Virus record (IMG/VR): IMGVR_UViG_3300037312_000268
Coordinates: 1-64,000 of that record
From: a virus
Lineage: Duplodnaviria; Caudoviricetes
Reading direction: 5' to 3' (one strand)
Length of the DNA: 64,000 bases
Of this stretch, positions 37,595 through 47,693 are shown piece by piece (the first letter of the stretch is position 1; each line of letters begins with the position of its first letter). The position numbers and the translations under genes were made by a program. Under the pieces are notes generated by a model. That model had not been told where the DNA came from and did no database searches. It saw only the letters and a list, made by a program, of their open reading frames with translations.

Positions 37595-39708
37595 TAGTGT
37601 GTTCCCATCCAATTCGTTGCCACCTTGTATTCGCCATCCAATTCTACATTCATTTTAAGATACTTACCAGCCTTTTTAATACACTCAACAAACACTTGTC
37701 CAACCTCCTCTGCTACTTCTGGTGATGTCTCCGCCTGCAATTCGTCATGTTGGTAGAGTACGCGCTTCACGACACATCCCTTGTAGGAATAATATGGCCT
37801 GCCTTTTTCGTCCAGTATAAACCCTCCCATAGCATTGTCAAAATACACAAGCGCTAAGTCTGTCGCGATTGCACCAGCACTTTGACACAGTTGATTCACG
37901 AGGCTGTGAGGTGAACGGGTCCGCAGAATTCGTCCATCAATTGCTGGTAAGAACTGCGACTTGCCGGTTGTCTTCCAGTAGTTTGTAACGGCGTCACGAA
38001 AATCTCTCAGTGCTGGGTTAGCGTTCCAAAATGCCTCAAACGCCTGTTTACCTTTTCTATCTGGGATACCCAATGTTTGTGCTAGCTTCGCAGCCTGCCC
38101 ACCATACAACAAACAATAAAGACCATTTTTAGCCTTACCTCTCCATTTCTTAAACTTGGGATGATCCTTGTCGTGATCTGGTGAGGATGGGTCAAATCCT
38201 TTCGTTTCCTCTGGGAAGAAGGCAACTGCATTATAACTGTGCGAATCTCCGTTAAGAATAATATCTGCGTAAGCTCCGTTATCGTACTTGAAAGTGTAAG
38301 AGGCGGTGACACGGTTCTCCAACGCAGCACTGTCCCCACCAACGAATGCCATACCCTCTTCGGCCTTGAACAGTGAGCGCATCTCTTCACCGAGCATGCT
38401 GCCAACTTTAGCCACGTTGCACACGCAAACGTGTTTCTGCCTGTGCGTAGAGGTAATGCCACTACTGCTTGCACTCAGTCTTCCATCCCACGCCAAACGC
38501 GGGTTTGCCAACCAACCTTCCAACACACCAAGACGGTTTTTGATGCTCAGGTAACGCACAATCTCCTTGATAATCGGGTTGTCCATCGCTTCAAGATTAG
38601 GGCACAGCTTCCCGCCTTCCTGAAGCTTTGGCGAAGTTTTAATAGCCTGTTTCCGTTCATCACGCATGACCTTACCATTTGCATCTTTTTGCAGGTTGTG
38701 CATTGTCGGCACCCAACCTTCTGCAATCAGAAAGTTTTTGAAGTCGTCTTGGTCTTTCAATTCCATCGGAAGTTTGATGTCTAGAAGCTTCTGCCCTTCG
38801 ACCTTGTAAACTTTACCGTAGAACTCTACATCTCCGGACTCCAACACTTTGCCACTGTGCTTTTCAATAAAGTTGAGCATGTGGCTACTGAACGTGCCGT
38901 CTTTTTTATAGGGCTTCGCGGGCATAGTGTACTCTTTCTCTTCACCCTTTTTCAAAGGACGTAGAGGAAGTTTTGGCAACACTTCCGCCTTAATTTCATC
39001 AACCATCACAACAATACGTTCGCGTAGTTTTGTCGCAGCTTCAATGTCAAAACTGACACCTGTGAATGCTTGTGCATTCATCAGGAAGAAAGCTTTCTGT
39101 CCCATGCGAAAAGATGGTACAAGCCATTCACCCTTGTACAACTCTTTCATCCCTTGGACTAACCTAAAGAACACTCCGATGTTCGCATCAACGTCGGCAT
39201 CGCAGTAATCATCAGTCTGAGGATAACTGTACAGTTTAAATTCAGCACCTTTAGGTGCAGCTTTATCTAGCACGCCTGCATCAATCAGGCTCTGACGATA
39301 ATCTATCTTCTCAGTGCTACTTCCTCGTGCGAGATACTCCAGAGAGTGGCTTGCCGCATCCGGCTCGTAAAATTGCGAGAGATATAAGGTGTCCACAAAC
39401 TGTACGTGTTTATCTTCGATGTAATCTTTGCCGTTCCTACCCACAGTTGGCACAATATCGAACAGTTTCCACAACACCCATTCATCGTACCCCAAAATGT
39501 TGTGACCTATGACAAGTGCACCATCATCGAAGCTGTTCACCCACTCCATGAACTGTGAGTAAACTTCTTGCTTTGTCATACGAAATGGATATAGTTTGGC
39601 AGAGCGTGCACCATCCAACGACTTGAGACGAATGTACCAGACTTTTGTACAGCCTAGATACAAATCGTCACCTTCGATGTCATAGCACCAGCCATACAAG
39701 TCTTTCAC
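37594..39708 (-). CDS. DNA polymerase, family A (T7-like) with 3'-5' exonuclease
   Basis: YDIEGD, GHNILGYD, YCDADV exo motifs; motif A GDSAALENR, motif B KAKNGLYCLLYG, motif C HDELQ; no intein or intron. Confidence 0.95.
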   Translation of the reverse strand: MKDLYGWCYDIEGDDLYLGCTKVWYIRLKSLDGARSAKLYPFRMTKQEVYSQFMEWVNSFDDGALVIGHNILGYDEWVLWKLFDIVPTVGRNGKDYIEDKHVQFVDTLYLSQFYEPDAASHSLEYLARGSSTEKIDYRQSLIDAGVLDKAAPKGAEFKLYSYPQTDDYCDADVDANIGVFFRLVQGMKELYKGEWLVPSFRMGQKAFFLMNAQAFTGVSFDIEAATKLRERIVVMVDEIKAEVLPKLPLRPLKKGEEKEYTMPAKPYKKDGTFSSHMLNFIEKHSGKVLESGDVEFYGKVYKVEGQKLLDIKLPMELKDQDDFKNFLIAEGWVPTMHNLQKDANGKVMRDERKQAIKTSPKLQEGGKLCPNLEAMDNPIIKEIVRYLSIKNRLGVLEGWLANPRLAWDGRLSASSSGITSTHRQKHVCVCNVAKVGSMLGEEMRSLFKAEEGMAFVGGDSAALENRVTASYTFKYDNGAYADIILNGDSHSYNAVAFFPEETKGFDPSSPDHDKDHPKFKKWRGKAKNGLYCLLYGGQAAKLAQTLGIPDRKGKQAFEAFWNANPALRDFRDAVTNYWKTTGKSQFLPAIDGRILRTRSPHSLVNQLCQSAGAIATDLALVYFDNAMGGFILDEKGRPYYSYKGCVVKRVLYQHDELQAETSPEVAEEVGQVFVECIKKAGKYLKMNVELDGEYKVATNWMGTH

Positions 39709-39717
39709 ACATCCTCC

Positions 39718-39972
39718 TTATTTATTCTTCACAACACTCTTATCGCACCCCAAAGCTGCCCTAGCAATCATATCAATCACAATTTCAGCGGCATATTCAT
39801 TTGCCGTATCACGATCACTCACGGTGCAATAGTCCTCTTTAACAGACAACTTCTTGCCATGAAAGTCAAAATCGTACTGATACTGGTAAGTTGCATCATG
39901 CTCACAGCCCATGTAACGCAATCCTAGCACTTGAGCAACATCCCACTTGCTAATCTGTACACTTGCCATCAC
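39718..39972 (-). CDS. Hypothetical protein
   Basis: 84-aa ORF in operon. Confidence 0.5.
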   Translation of the reverse strand: MMASVQISKWDVAQVLGLRYMGCEHDATYQYQYDFDFHGKKLSVKEDYCTVSDRDTANEYAAEIVIDMIARAALGCDKSVVKNK

Positions 39973-40400
39973 CCCTCCAAATCGTCAAGGAACTTCTGCA
40001 CAACAGTAGGCTCAACAAACCCTTCCTCCGCAGCAATCCGAGCCTGTTCTAGCCAGAACGCATCTTCTTCAGCGTTCCACGATTCCATAGCTTGCTCATC
40101 CTTCAATTCCTGCTTCAGCGCCTTCTGCACCTGCTCGATAGCTTTAATACGCTTGGCAAACTTGTTGATATATGGGGTGAACACAGCGGCTTGCTCGCGA
40201 TGTGCTTCAGCCTTGACGTGTTGTTCATCTGCTTTATCAAATTGCAATGTTTGAGAAAAAGAACAGCACATCTCGTCAAACTCATCAGCCTTCTCGTTAT
40301 ACATCTTACGACTCTTGCGCAGATTGTTGTACTCTTCATAAAGCCCTGTAAGAGCCTGCGCATTCAGGCCAATTTGGGTTTGGATAAAACTTGCTTTCAT
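39969..40400 (-). CDS. Hypothetical coiled-coil protein
   Basis: 143-aa ORF, overlaps both neighbours. Confidence 0.6.
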   Translation of the reverse strand: MKASFIQTQIGLNAQALTGLYEEYNNLRKSRKMYNEKADEFDEMCCSFSQTLQFDKADEQHVKAEAHREQAAVFTPYINKFAKRIKAIEQVQKALKQELKDEQAMESWNAEEDAFWLEQARIAAEEGFVEPTVVQKFLDDLEG

Positions 40401-40804
40401 TCTACAACCTCCTTACGTCCATTTGTCAAAGTAACTTCCCTTCCCTCTTTTGGAAGCCATTCTTTCCACGTCTTCACCCAAGGACCACGGAATGACAACA
40501 CCCATGTGCGCTTTGCCATGCCGTACACTTTGTGCATTCTATCTCGTGCCGTGTAGATAGGTTTGATAGAAGGTTTAATTCTGCTTTGTGTAAAGCCAAA
40601 AATGTTGTCAGCCTTTACCCGCTCAACAAGAAGACCCTTCAACACCCACGACACAGCATTGAATGCATGCGAATGATATGCCTCCCGGCTACCTTCATCA
40701 AAGCGCAGCAAAACGATTGAACCAAAACGTTTAGATTCAAACAACCAGTATCCTGTGACATTGGATTCTTGTCCACCATCTTTACCTTTGAAGAGTAATT
40801 TCAT
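40397..40804 (-). CDS. Cupin-fold protein
   Basis: HSH...VSWVL.G...E ... H.V.....WVLSFRGPW double-stranded beta-helix motif; start moved to 40804. Confidence 0.6.
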   Translation of the reverse strand: MKLLFKGKDGGQESNVTGYWLFESKRFGSIVLLRFDEGSREAYHSHAFNAVSWVLKGLLVERVKADNIFGFTQSRIKPSIKPIYTARDRMHKVYGMAKRTWVLSFRGPWVKTWKEWLPKEGREVTLTNGRKEVVE

Positions 40805-41171
40805 TTGCACTCCACTTCTCGCAGCCAATACCAAGAATACTCACATTCTTTTCTGCCGCCACCAGCGAGTACATAATCGGCAGATTCCTCGTTCTCATCA
40901 ATTATCTTCATAATTTGTTCACGAGTAGGTTTTGTCAGGAAAACCGCCTCAAAGTACTCGCCAGATTGATCATAGTCGTTGTACTCGGAAGTAAGAATCC
41001 AAACTTTCATTTCCCACCCTCTTCACGTTCGAGTTGCATGTACATGTCTGCCACTTGATCCCAAGTGAATCCACCATCCATAAGACCAATATTTAGCACT
41101 GCAAGGCTCTCTTGTACACTAAAGCCCATAGCCCAGTATTCCCGTACAAGTTCTTTCGTCTCAACAGCCAT
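40801..41171 (-). CDS. Two small hypothetical ORFs (40801..41010; 41007..41171)
   Basis: Coupled by ATGA overlaps. Confidence 0.5.
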
Positions 41172-42085
41172 CACACACTCCCCTTCTCAAACACATATTT
41201 GTAAGCATCTTCCCACGTACTGAAGAATTCATAGTCAGGAAACTTAGCCTTGATCTTCTGAACATATTTGTGCTCGTCGCTGTACAGCTTGTTGGTCTGC
41301 ACAACAACCTTGTGCTTCTCACAGATCTTGAAATCTTTGTCCAGAGAAATCATACCATGTTTGTACCAAGCCTTGCAAATACTAAGCGGGAACTGTGGAA
41401 CCACTGTGTCTTGTGTTTTATACTTCATGAACATAAGCTGCACGTTTACACCATCAACAACCGCAGAAAACACACAGTTAAGGTCAGGATTCAGCTTGTA
41501 CCACTCTGGCAAATCTTCTCCAGCACGCCCTTCATCCATAAGATTGATGCCTACATGGCGAAGCATCTCTGCAACAATCGTAAGCTGATCAACACTCGTA
41601 TAAAAGAAAATGTCAAGATCGGCAGCAGGCTTTCCAAAATGCCAATCACGAGGTGCACCGCCAGCGCAAATTGCAAATGGATCAATCGGAAACAATTTGT
41701 CAAGCACTTTGTCTGCGATGGCTTGTTGTTTGGTGATAAGTTGTTCATCATCAACAGCATCGTGAGCAGTATACAAGTCGACGTTTTGTTGCTGATCTTC
41801 ACACACAAAGCATTTGCACTGAGTCTCAGGCTGCACAAAATACGTACTCGCCTTCTTCAACTCATCACCTACAAGCACATATTCTTCATTCGGATGACTT
41901 TTGAAGTACTCCATGTCATCCGTCTTCATAATGATGCCGTTGTCATAAGTGAAGAACGCCTTAGCGTTATTATAAACTGCGGCATCACCAACGAATTGAT
42001 AACCTAGATTGTGCAGCACGTTAGCAATATGTGTGCGATTACCGAACGGATCGGATAAGGCGATTTTCATCTTCTGGTAAGTCAT
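41171..42085 (-). CDS. Nucleotidyltransferase of the tRNA-nucleotidyltransferase / poly(A) polymerase head type, with extra N-terminal domain
   Basis: AGGAPRDW.FGKP..DLDIF signature. Confidence 0.75.
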   Translation of the reverse strand: MTYQKMKIALSDPFGNRTHIANVLHNLGYQFVGDAAVYNNAKAFFTYDNGIIMKTDDMEYFKSHPNEEYVLVGDELKKASTYFVQPETQCKCFVCEDQQQNVDLYTAHDAVDDEQLITKQQAIADKVLDKLFPIDPFAICAGGAPRDWHFGKPAADLDIFFYTSVDQLTIVAEMLRHVGINLMDEGRAGEDLPEWYKLNPDLNCVFSAVVDGVNVQLMFMKYKTQDTVVPQFPLSICKAWYKHGMISLDKDFKICEKHKVVVQTNKLYSDEHKYVQKIKAKFPDYEFFSTWEDAYKYVFEKGSV

Positions 42086-42115
42086 CTTCCCTCCTTAGAA
42101 TGTTAGAGCGTAAGA

Positions 42116-42145
42116 ATTATAGCAAACTTTTTACGCCCGTGTCAA
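42116..42145 (-). promoter_or_regulatory. sigma70-type promoter
   Basis: TTGACA-18 nt-TATAAT. Confidence 0.75.
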
Positions 42146-43864
42146 TTAGAAACTGTGACCTGTGTTGCTGATCGCAGCATAGTCTGCAAGACGTTCAACA
42201 CTGCTCTCCAAGAACCCCTCTGGTGGCTCAAGATAATTGCCCGTCTCTTGGTCGTAGTACACTTTGAAATAGCCACTACGCCCATACTTGCGATCTTCAA
42301 GCAGAACAATTGTAGAAGTGTTACGCTCTTTAGGGCTAATGTCAGGGTCTTTGTTACGTTCAATGCCCCACATGTAGTAGGTGCTTCGCATCATAGCACG
42401 AGAGCCTGTAAACTGGTGGCTCAACACTTTTCCACCTCGCTCGTGTGCAGGGCCGCTTTCTGGAGCCTTCAAGTGACAAAAGCAGTAGTAGATGAATCCG
42501 AGGTCTTTGGCCATCTTACTAAGCTCGTCAGCGAAACGCTCAAGCTCTGTGTTTGCTTCCGCTGCTGTCAAACCTTGCACCATCCTAGAAATCGGGTCAA
42601 GAACGATATCAGTCACACCTTCCACAAGAACAGCATGGCGGATAGCGCCCTTAACAACGCTCCACGAACATGCACCATAGTTGTTGTAGTAGATGACAGA
42701 ATCGCCAACCTCATTCACGGCTTTGGTGAGGGTTTCTTGATCGAAATAGCCTCGCGAAGTGTCGTAGATGTCATTGCCGTAGATGTCCCGTAGCACACCA
42801 TCATCACCAACGAAGATAACTTTCTCAGGATTCGTAAAATCCTTGCCGTACATCTTACCTGCAATCTTCTTACAAGTGATTTCTGGCTCCTCTTCAAACT
42901 TAAAGAGAGCGATCTTGCTTTTCTCTACCTTGATAACATACTCGGAAAGCTGGTTGACGAACTCACTCTTACCAATCTTAACACCTGCGCCGATGTAGTG
43001 CCCTTCGCCAAGACGACGACCAAGACTAAGTTTAGTCATTGAAGGCCACGGCCACGGCTTACCAAGTTGAGGCAGTTCTGATGCTTTAGATGCGAAGCTT
43101 TCAAACTTAACAAAACCATCTGGCGTATAATTCTTAGGCTTCATAACGCACCAGTACAACTGATCAGCCATTCCGTCGCGGATCATGTCAACAGGATCGT
43201 AGTCATCAGGTAAGTCTGCAACAAGAATATCCGGCATAAGGCTGTACACTGCCGCCGTAGCATCCTTACCCTTCATGATCTTTTGCTTTTCGCGCTCCTC
43301 TTGTGTGGCCTTATCTGCGTCAAATGCTGTAATACGCTCAGAAAATTTGGACAGCCAAGATTGGTTCTGCTTCTGTCCAAGATTCTGAACAGCGTTAGCG
43401 GTCCCTGCTGCAATGCTAACAACATTAGGATTTGCTTGAGGATACTTCTCCTTCATCACAGTCCAAGTTGCAGCAGCGTCATACTCACCTTCAGTGATGA
43501 CAACCTTCTTGCCACCAGTTTTGTTAGCACAATGCATGCCGAACAAGTCGCACTTAGGGGATTGGAATCCCACAACAGAAAAGTGCCCTGTTACCATCTT
43601 AGGGACAGTTAGATCGCGCTTTTTGTACCCAACCAACTCACCATCGTAATGATATGGAAAGTAGTGTGCGATAGGTGTCTTACCATCTTTCGGACTAAGG
43701 GCTGTTTTGATGCCGAAGTGCTCGGCTGCTGCCTTAGAAATGAATCGCTCAGGAATAGCGAGAACAGGATAATTCGCCACGTCCACCATCGCCTCTTGTG
43801 GTTCGTATCGACTGCCTGTACTCTTAGTTGCTGCCATATTCTTCTCTCCTTTCCAATAGCCCAT
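42146..43864 (-). CDS. Primase-helicase (T7 gp4-like TOPRIM + DnaB-type helicase)
   Basis: ITEGEYDA and FDAD TOPRIM motifs; Walker A AGVKIGKS; IVLDPI; HLK; GSRAM; KNK; DRKYG. Confidence 0.9.
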   Translation of the reverse strand: MGYWKGEKNMAATKSTGSRYEPQEAMVDVANYPVLAIPERFISKAAAEHFGIKTALSPKDGKTPIAHYFPYHYDGELVGYKKRDLTVPKMVTGHFSVVGFQSPKCDLFGMHCANKTGGKKVVITEGEYDAAATWTVMKEKYPQANPNVVSIAAGTANAVQNLGQKQNQSWLSKFSERITAFDADKATQEEREKQKIMKGKDATAAVYSLMPDILVADLPDDYDPVDMIRDGMADQLYWCVMKPKNYTPDGFVKFESFASKASELPQLGKPWPWPSMTKLSLGRRLGEGHYIGAGVKIGKSEFVNQLSEYVIKVEKSKIALFKFEEEPEITCKKIAGKMYGKDFTNPEKVIFVGDDGVLRDIYGNDIYDTSRGYFDQETLTKAVNEVGDSVIYYNNYGACSWSVVKGAIRHAVLVEGVTDIVLDPISRMVQGLTAAEANTELERFADELSKMAKDLGFIYYCFCHLKAPESGPAHERGGKVLSHQFTGSRAMMRSTYYMWGIERNKDPDISPKERNTSTIVLLEDRKYGRSGYFKVYYDQETGNYLEPPEGFLESSVERLADYAAISNTGHSF

Positions 43865-44249
43865 CAATCCTCCTCAATCTCAACATCCGCACCTGTACTA
43901 AGAAGCAAATCATACATCTCTTGTGCGTCATCTCTCTGATCACTAGAAATGGAGTCAAAATAAAACGCCTGAACGGAATCATCTTTAATCAGGCACACAG
44001 TGATAACGCCATCTTCGATATGAATCTTATATTTGTTCATACATCCTCCTTGTATTTATCACCACAAGAAACGTGACTTTCACGATTGCATCCCACAACA
44101 TCCATGTCCTGATACCGAAACACAGTCATGTTAAGCTTCTTATCCAACTCAGTGATTTCTTTGTAACCTAAGAATAGGTATTTCGGCACTCTGCCAGTCT
44201 CAACTATATACCCAACTCGCTGAGATTCGATACGATCTAGGATACCCAT
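43864..44249 (-). CDS. Two small hypothetical ORFs (43864..44040; 44037..44249)
   Basis: GGAG RBSs and overlap coupling. Confidence 0.5.
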
Positions 44250-44259
44250 TGCAATTTCC

Positions 44260-45462
44260 TCATGAATTCTCCCTACTGTCAAAAATCAATTTATCTACAA
44301 AATCTACTACCTCTTGGTAATACTCGTAGTAAGTCGCTTCCGTTTTAAACCCCTCAATGTCTTGTGGATTGCAGGGAAATCGCTTTTTGACTACCTGCTC
44401 AATATTCCACGCTTGTTGACCTGTAACATAGAATATTTGTGTTGCGCCTATTTTAAGGCCAGCACGTTTAAGATTTCGTGCGTGAGTGTGCAGTCGACGG
44501 TCAGGTGTGTTTGAAACACCAAAACCAATAAAACTGTGGCGGCCCTCCACTTTCAGTATGTAAAAACCAGCGTCAACCCCTTTCTTATACCCTGACGTGG
44601 CACAATCAGGACACCTATTTCCTACAGCCAGGAACGCGTGGATGTTAACAGGCCAGTTACCATGAACATCACAGTTTAGTACTATCTTACTGCCAACATT
44701 CTTGTAATTGTCCTCCCACCCTACGAAGTTATACTTGAATCCCTCATATTCTAGAGTAGATTTTACTTGAAACTCTCGCTGTTGTGCCGTCCATCTATAC
44801 GCCCTTGAACACCTGCAAGACTTCTTACCCACAGATAGGTTAGCATAGCTGGAATTAAACAGTCCACTACACAGCCCATTCTTTACAAAGATATCGTCAC
44901 TACAAACACCGCAACGATATTTCCACTTATTACCCCTAGATTTACATCTACCGAAAATTGTGCCAGAAGGAAACTTGCCCACCTCAAAAAATTTCTCTAC
45001 GCAATGTTCGTCTGTGTATCCATTCTTCTCCGAGATAGTATTATTTGCACACACCCTGCATCCCACTTTGGAGGTGAGTAAAGCACTTGCCCGTAAATTA
45101 GACCACTCATTTCCGTCTAAATTACAACGTAATTTTATCTTAGTTGAATTACCTGCGAAATCCTCAACAAATCCAAGAAACGTATAATTTCTTTTTGAGC
45201 ATTCCCGTTCAACTCTCACTTTACACTGAGCCAGTGTCCATCTGTACACTCTACTTTCGCAAGCACAGGGCGTTGAACCTCTTGTCAGGCTGGATTTAGC
45301 AATAAGAAACTGGCCATCTCCAAACAATTCTGGATCAAGATTGCAGATGTGGCAAACAACTCTGTAGACCTTATCGTGTCCGCTGGACGTAACACCATCT
45401 TGACATATGACTTCTATTTGGTTGCTTTTACCAAACCTTCGCCCAATAAAAGAGTCTGTCAC
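44260..45462 (-). CDS. Zinc-ribbon repeat + GIY-YIG-like putative homing endonuclease
   Basis: Multiple CxxC pairs, SCRCS..YRWT..QREF, G.RCP.C..SGY, GFYIL...FG.SN..DRR...H. Confidence 0.75.
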   Translation of the reverse strand: MTDSFIGRRFGKSNQIEVICQDGVTSSGHDKVYRVVCHICNLDPELFGDGQFLIAKSSLTRGSTPCACESRVYRWTLAQCKVRVERECSKRNYTFLGFVEDFAGNSTKIKLRCNLDGNEWSNLRASALLTSKVGCRVCANNTISEKNGYTDEHCVEKFFEVGKFPSGTIFGRCKSRGNKWKYRCGVCSDDIFVKNGLCSGLFNSSYANLSVGKKSCRCSRAYRWTAQQREFQVKSTLEYEGFKYNFVGWEDNYKNVGSKIVLNCDVHGNWPVNIHAFLAVGNRCPDCATSGYKKGVDAGFYILKVEGRHSFIGFGVSNTPDRRLHTHARNLKRAGLKIGATQIFYVTGQQAWNIEQVVKKRFPCNPQDIEGFKTEATYYEYYQEVVDFVDKLIFDSRENS

Positions 45463-45650
45463 ATAGCCTCCAGTCGAGCTTTAAGCCTCCGCTTGCTGAC
45501 AATCTTACGGGCCATTTGAATCTTCTCAACCATGTCGCCCCTACCTTTATTTCGGTAGTATGCTAGCATGGTTGAAATCACTGGTGCTTTAGTCACTTCG
45601 ATGTGATCTGCAAGTTCATCAATTGAACATTCTTGATAATTAAAATTCAT
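45459..45650 (-). CDS. 63-aa helical protein coupled to endonuclease gene (paralog of 53586..53774)
   Basis: 33/60 aligned residues identical to 53586..53774 by manual alignment. Confidence 0.7.
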   Translation of the reverse strand: MNFNYQECSIDELADHIEVTKAPVISTMLAYYRNKGRGDMVEKIQMARKIVSKRRLKARLEAM

Positions 45651-45678
45651 AGTAAGATTCCTTTCGTCAGAAACCTTA

Positions 45679-45707
45679 ATTATAACATCTTAATACAATC
45701 TTGTCAA
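45679..45707 (-). promoter_or_regulatory. sigma70-type promoter
   Basis: TTGACA-17 nt-TATAAT, perfect. Confidence 0.85.
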
Positions 45708-45723
45708 TTTATAAGTTTTCGGG

Positions 45724-46778
45724 TCACACTGCGCCTCGATTAGCCAAGAAGCTGGCAAGCCGAGTCATCAGCTTGTGCTCTCCATAACCTTCTTTCTTCG
45801 TCTTCTCGATAACATTAGGCAGAACATCCAACAAATCGTGCACGGCGTTGATTTCAGCTTGGTATTCTTGCTGATTCTTATAGTAATGATCTTTCATGTC
45901 ATTTGCCTGCTTGAGTTTAGATGCCAGATCAATTGCTTGTTTGTCAAGCTCTGCAATTTGACGCTTCAGCGATGTAACATTTTCTTTCTTAACAACCATA
46001 AATCCTCCTTAATTAATATGCGTTTCAAACTCATCAGCAAATGCCCTGATTTCCTGCCAAAGTGCACTTGGGTCAAACGCATCCGTTCCATCTTCGGCCT
46101 CGTAGTAGAAATGCTCTGATTGCAGCTTGAGGAACAAAATTAGGTCTTCAAAGACTTCTTTCATACTAGCACCCGATATCCACGATAAGCTTACCAAAGC
46201 CGCCACAGAATGCCATAAACACCATAATCATTTCAGTAGCAAATCGGCTATCATTAGACCACAGCGAAATGTCAAAGCCAACATTGTAGAATGCGCCCAT
46301 CAAGAAACCAATAAGAGCGCCTAAGATTGCTAAGAGAGTTGCTTTCATTGTTTTACCCCAGCAGACTCGTCAGAGGACGTGACCACCTCTGGGAAGAATT
46401 GTCCATATGTCCACATATGGAAACAGAACCAAATCTTGTTGTACGCGCCATCTATATCAATATGATATTTGTACCAAGTATCCGAAGTATAAACTTCTTC
46501 GATACGCCTTTTGACATGAGTGTGTACGAGATGGATGCGAAAACCTACAACAAGCCACCAAACAAGTAATACAATCGGCGCATAAATATAAATCATACAG
46601 CCTCCAGTTCAGATTCATGCATTATCTGCCACATACCATCATTGTCGACGTACCAAGCGTATTTAGCCGATCCGTACGACCAACTAAGTTTCACAAGAGT
46701 GTTTAAAGCATACTCGTGATCTTCGTTTTCAACGATTACACGATGTGTGGGAATAAACCCCAATGTGGGCGTGAACAT
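45724..46778 (-). CDS. Run of small hypothetical ORFs (45724..45999, 46009..46164, 46166..46348 membrane, 46345..46596 membrane, 46593..46778)
   Basis: Tightly packed ORFs with RBS or overlaps; two have TM helices. Confidence 0.5.
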
Positions 46779-47003
46779 CACTTTTTCCCAACAGGGCACT
46801 GAAACTCGTCTGCAACAACTACGATAGGAACAACAATAGTTTCGCTGAACACAATAGCAAGAAACGTATTCCATCCGGACAGCTTGTACTCAAGGTCAGG
46901 CTTCTTATCTTGCAGCACACCGATGCATTCGCCGTATTCGGTTTTAGTTGTGCAACCTGCTGCGAGAATTGCGAACAGTGCACACAAAATAATACTCTTT
47001 CAT
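46778..47003 (-). pseudogene. Lipoprotein gene with an apparent +1 frameshift after the start codon
   Basis: GAGGAG RBS precedes ATG 47003, whose frame stops after 19 codons; removing one A from ATGAAAGAG gives MKSIILCALFAILAAG-C with lipobox, continuous with ORF 46778..46987. Confidence 0.55.
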
Positions 47004-47012
47004 AGCCTCTCC

Positions 47013-47252
47013 TCAGTTTTGAATACCAAACACAGGTTGTTTCTTACTCACCTGTGCATCCATTTGATTCATCGTTTCGTAATACCAGACATTCCCTTTA
47101 GAGTCCTTTGCAACGAAGCGATACGAACTCACTTCGTACACATCCTGCGTACCGACTTCTCGCACAACACTGTCTCGGCACAGTGTATGATCATAGCTGG
47201 AGCAACCAGACAAGGTGAATGCCAGTGCAGCAAAACCAATAATTTTCTTCAT
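47013..47252 (-). CDS. Lipoprotein
   Basis: MKKIIGFAALAFTLSG-C lipobox; start moved to 47252 (AGGAG RBS). Confidence 0.75.
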   Translation of the reverse strand: MKKIIGFAALAFTLSGCSSYDHTLCRDSVVREVGTQDVYEVSSYRFVAKDSKGNVWYYETMNQMDAQVSKKQPVFGIQN

Positions 47253-47265
47253 AGCTTCTCCTGAA

Positions 47266-47604
47266 TTAAAGCGCTTTCCAATTCTTCCGAATAACTTTCG
47301 CAATTTCTGGGAATGTCATACCTCCATCATTCATGATTGCCAGATTTTCACCATTAGCAATAACTCCAGCATCACTGTCCATACCTGCCCAAATCATCAC
47401 TTCTTCCGGCAACACACCTGACTCGCCGAGGTAAAACCCTTTGCGTTTCTGTGTTGCGGCTACTTCAGGATGCGCCTGTGCGTGCATGTTGCAAAGGACT
47501 CCGAGGCAGCACCACTTATCCCTGTTACGAAGGCGATGGAATCCTTGCTTGTACTCGCCACTGTCCAATGCAGCAGCCCACTTACGTGCCACACTACGTT
47601 TCAT
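47266..47604 (-). CDS. Conserved phage hypothetical protein
   Basis: W..AL.SGEY.QG...L......CCLGVLC and ND.G.TF.EIA motifs. Confidence 0.65.
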   Translation of the reverse strand: MKRSVARKWAAALDSGEYKQGFHRLRNRDKWCCLGVLCNMHAQAHPEVAATQKRKGFYLGESGVLPEEVMIWAGMDSDAGVIANGENLAIMNDGGMTFPEIAKVIRKNWKAL

Positions 47605-47655
47605 ATTCCCTCCTTGTTCATTAATTATAAACGTTCACGTCCGCGAAACAGCGCG

Positions 47656-47684
47656 AAAAATGAACAGAAGGGCTTTCGCCCTCC
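47656..47684 (-). terminator. Rho-independent terminator
   Basis: GAGGGC-GAAA-GCCCTTC then TGTTCATTTTT. Confidence 0.65.
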
Positions 47685-47693
47685 CTCTACAAA

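Noticed and set aside
24141-39708. Inteins or introns in nrdA, nrdB or DNA polymerase
   Set aside because: All three ORFs are continuous, of normal length, with motifs at normal spacing.
28716-39708. Z-genome (PurZ/MazZ/DpoZ) or other base-modification system
   Set aside because: Only a generic MazG-like gene is present; no PurZ, DatZ or glycosyl/hydroxymethyl transferase recognised in the window.
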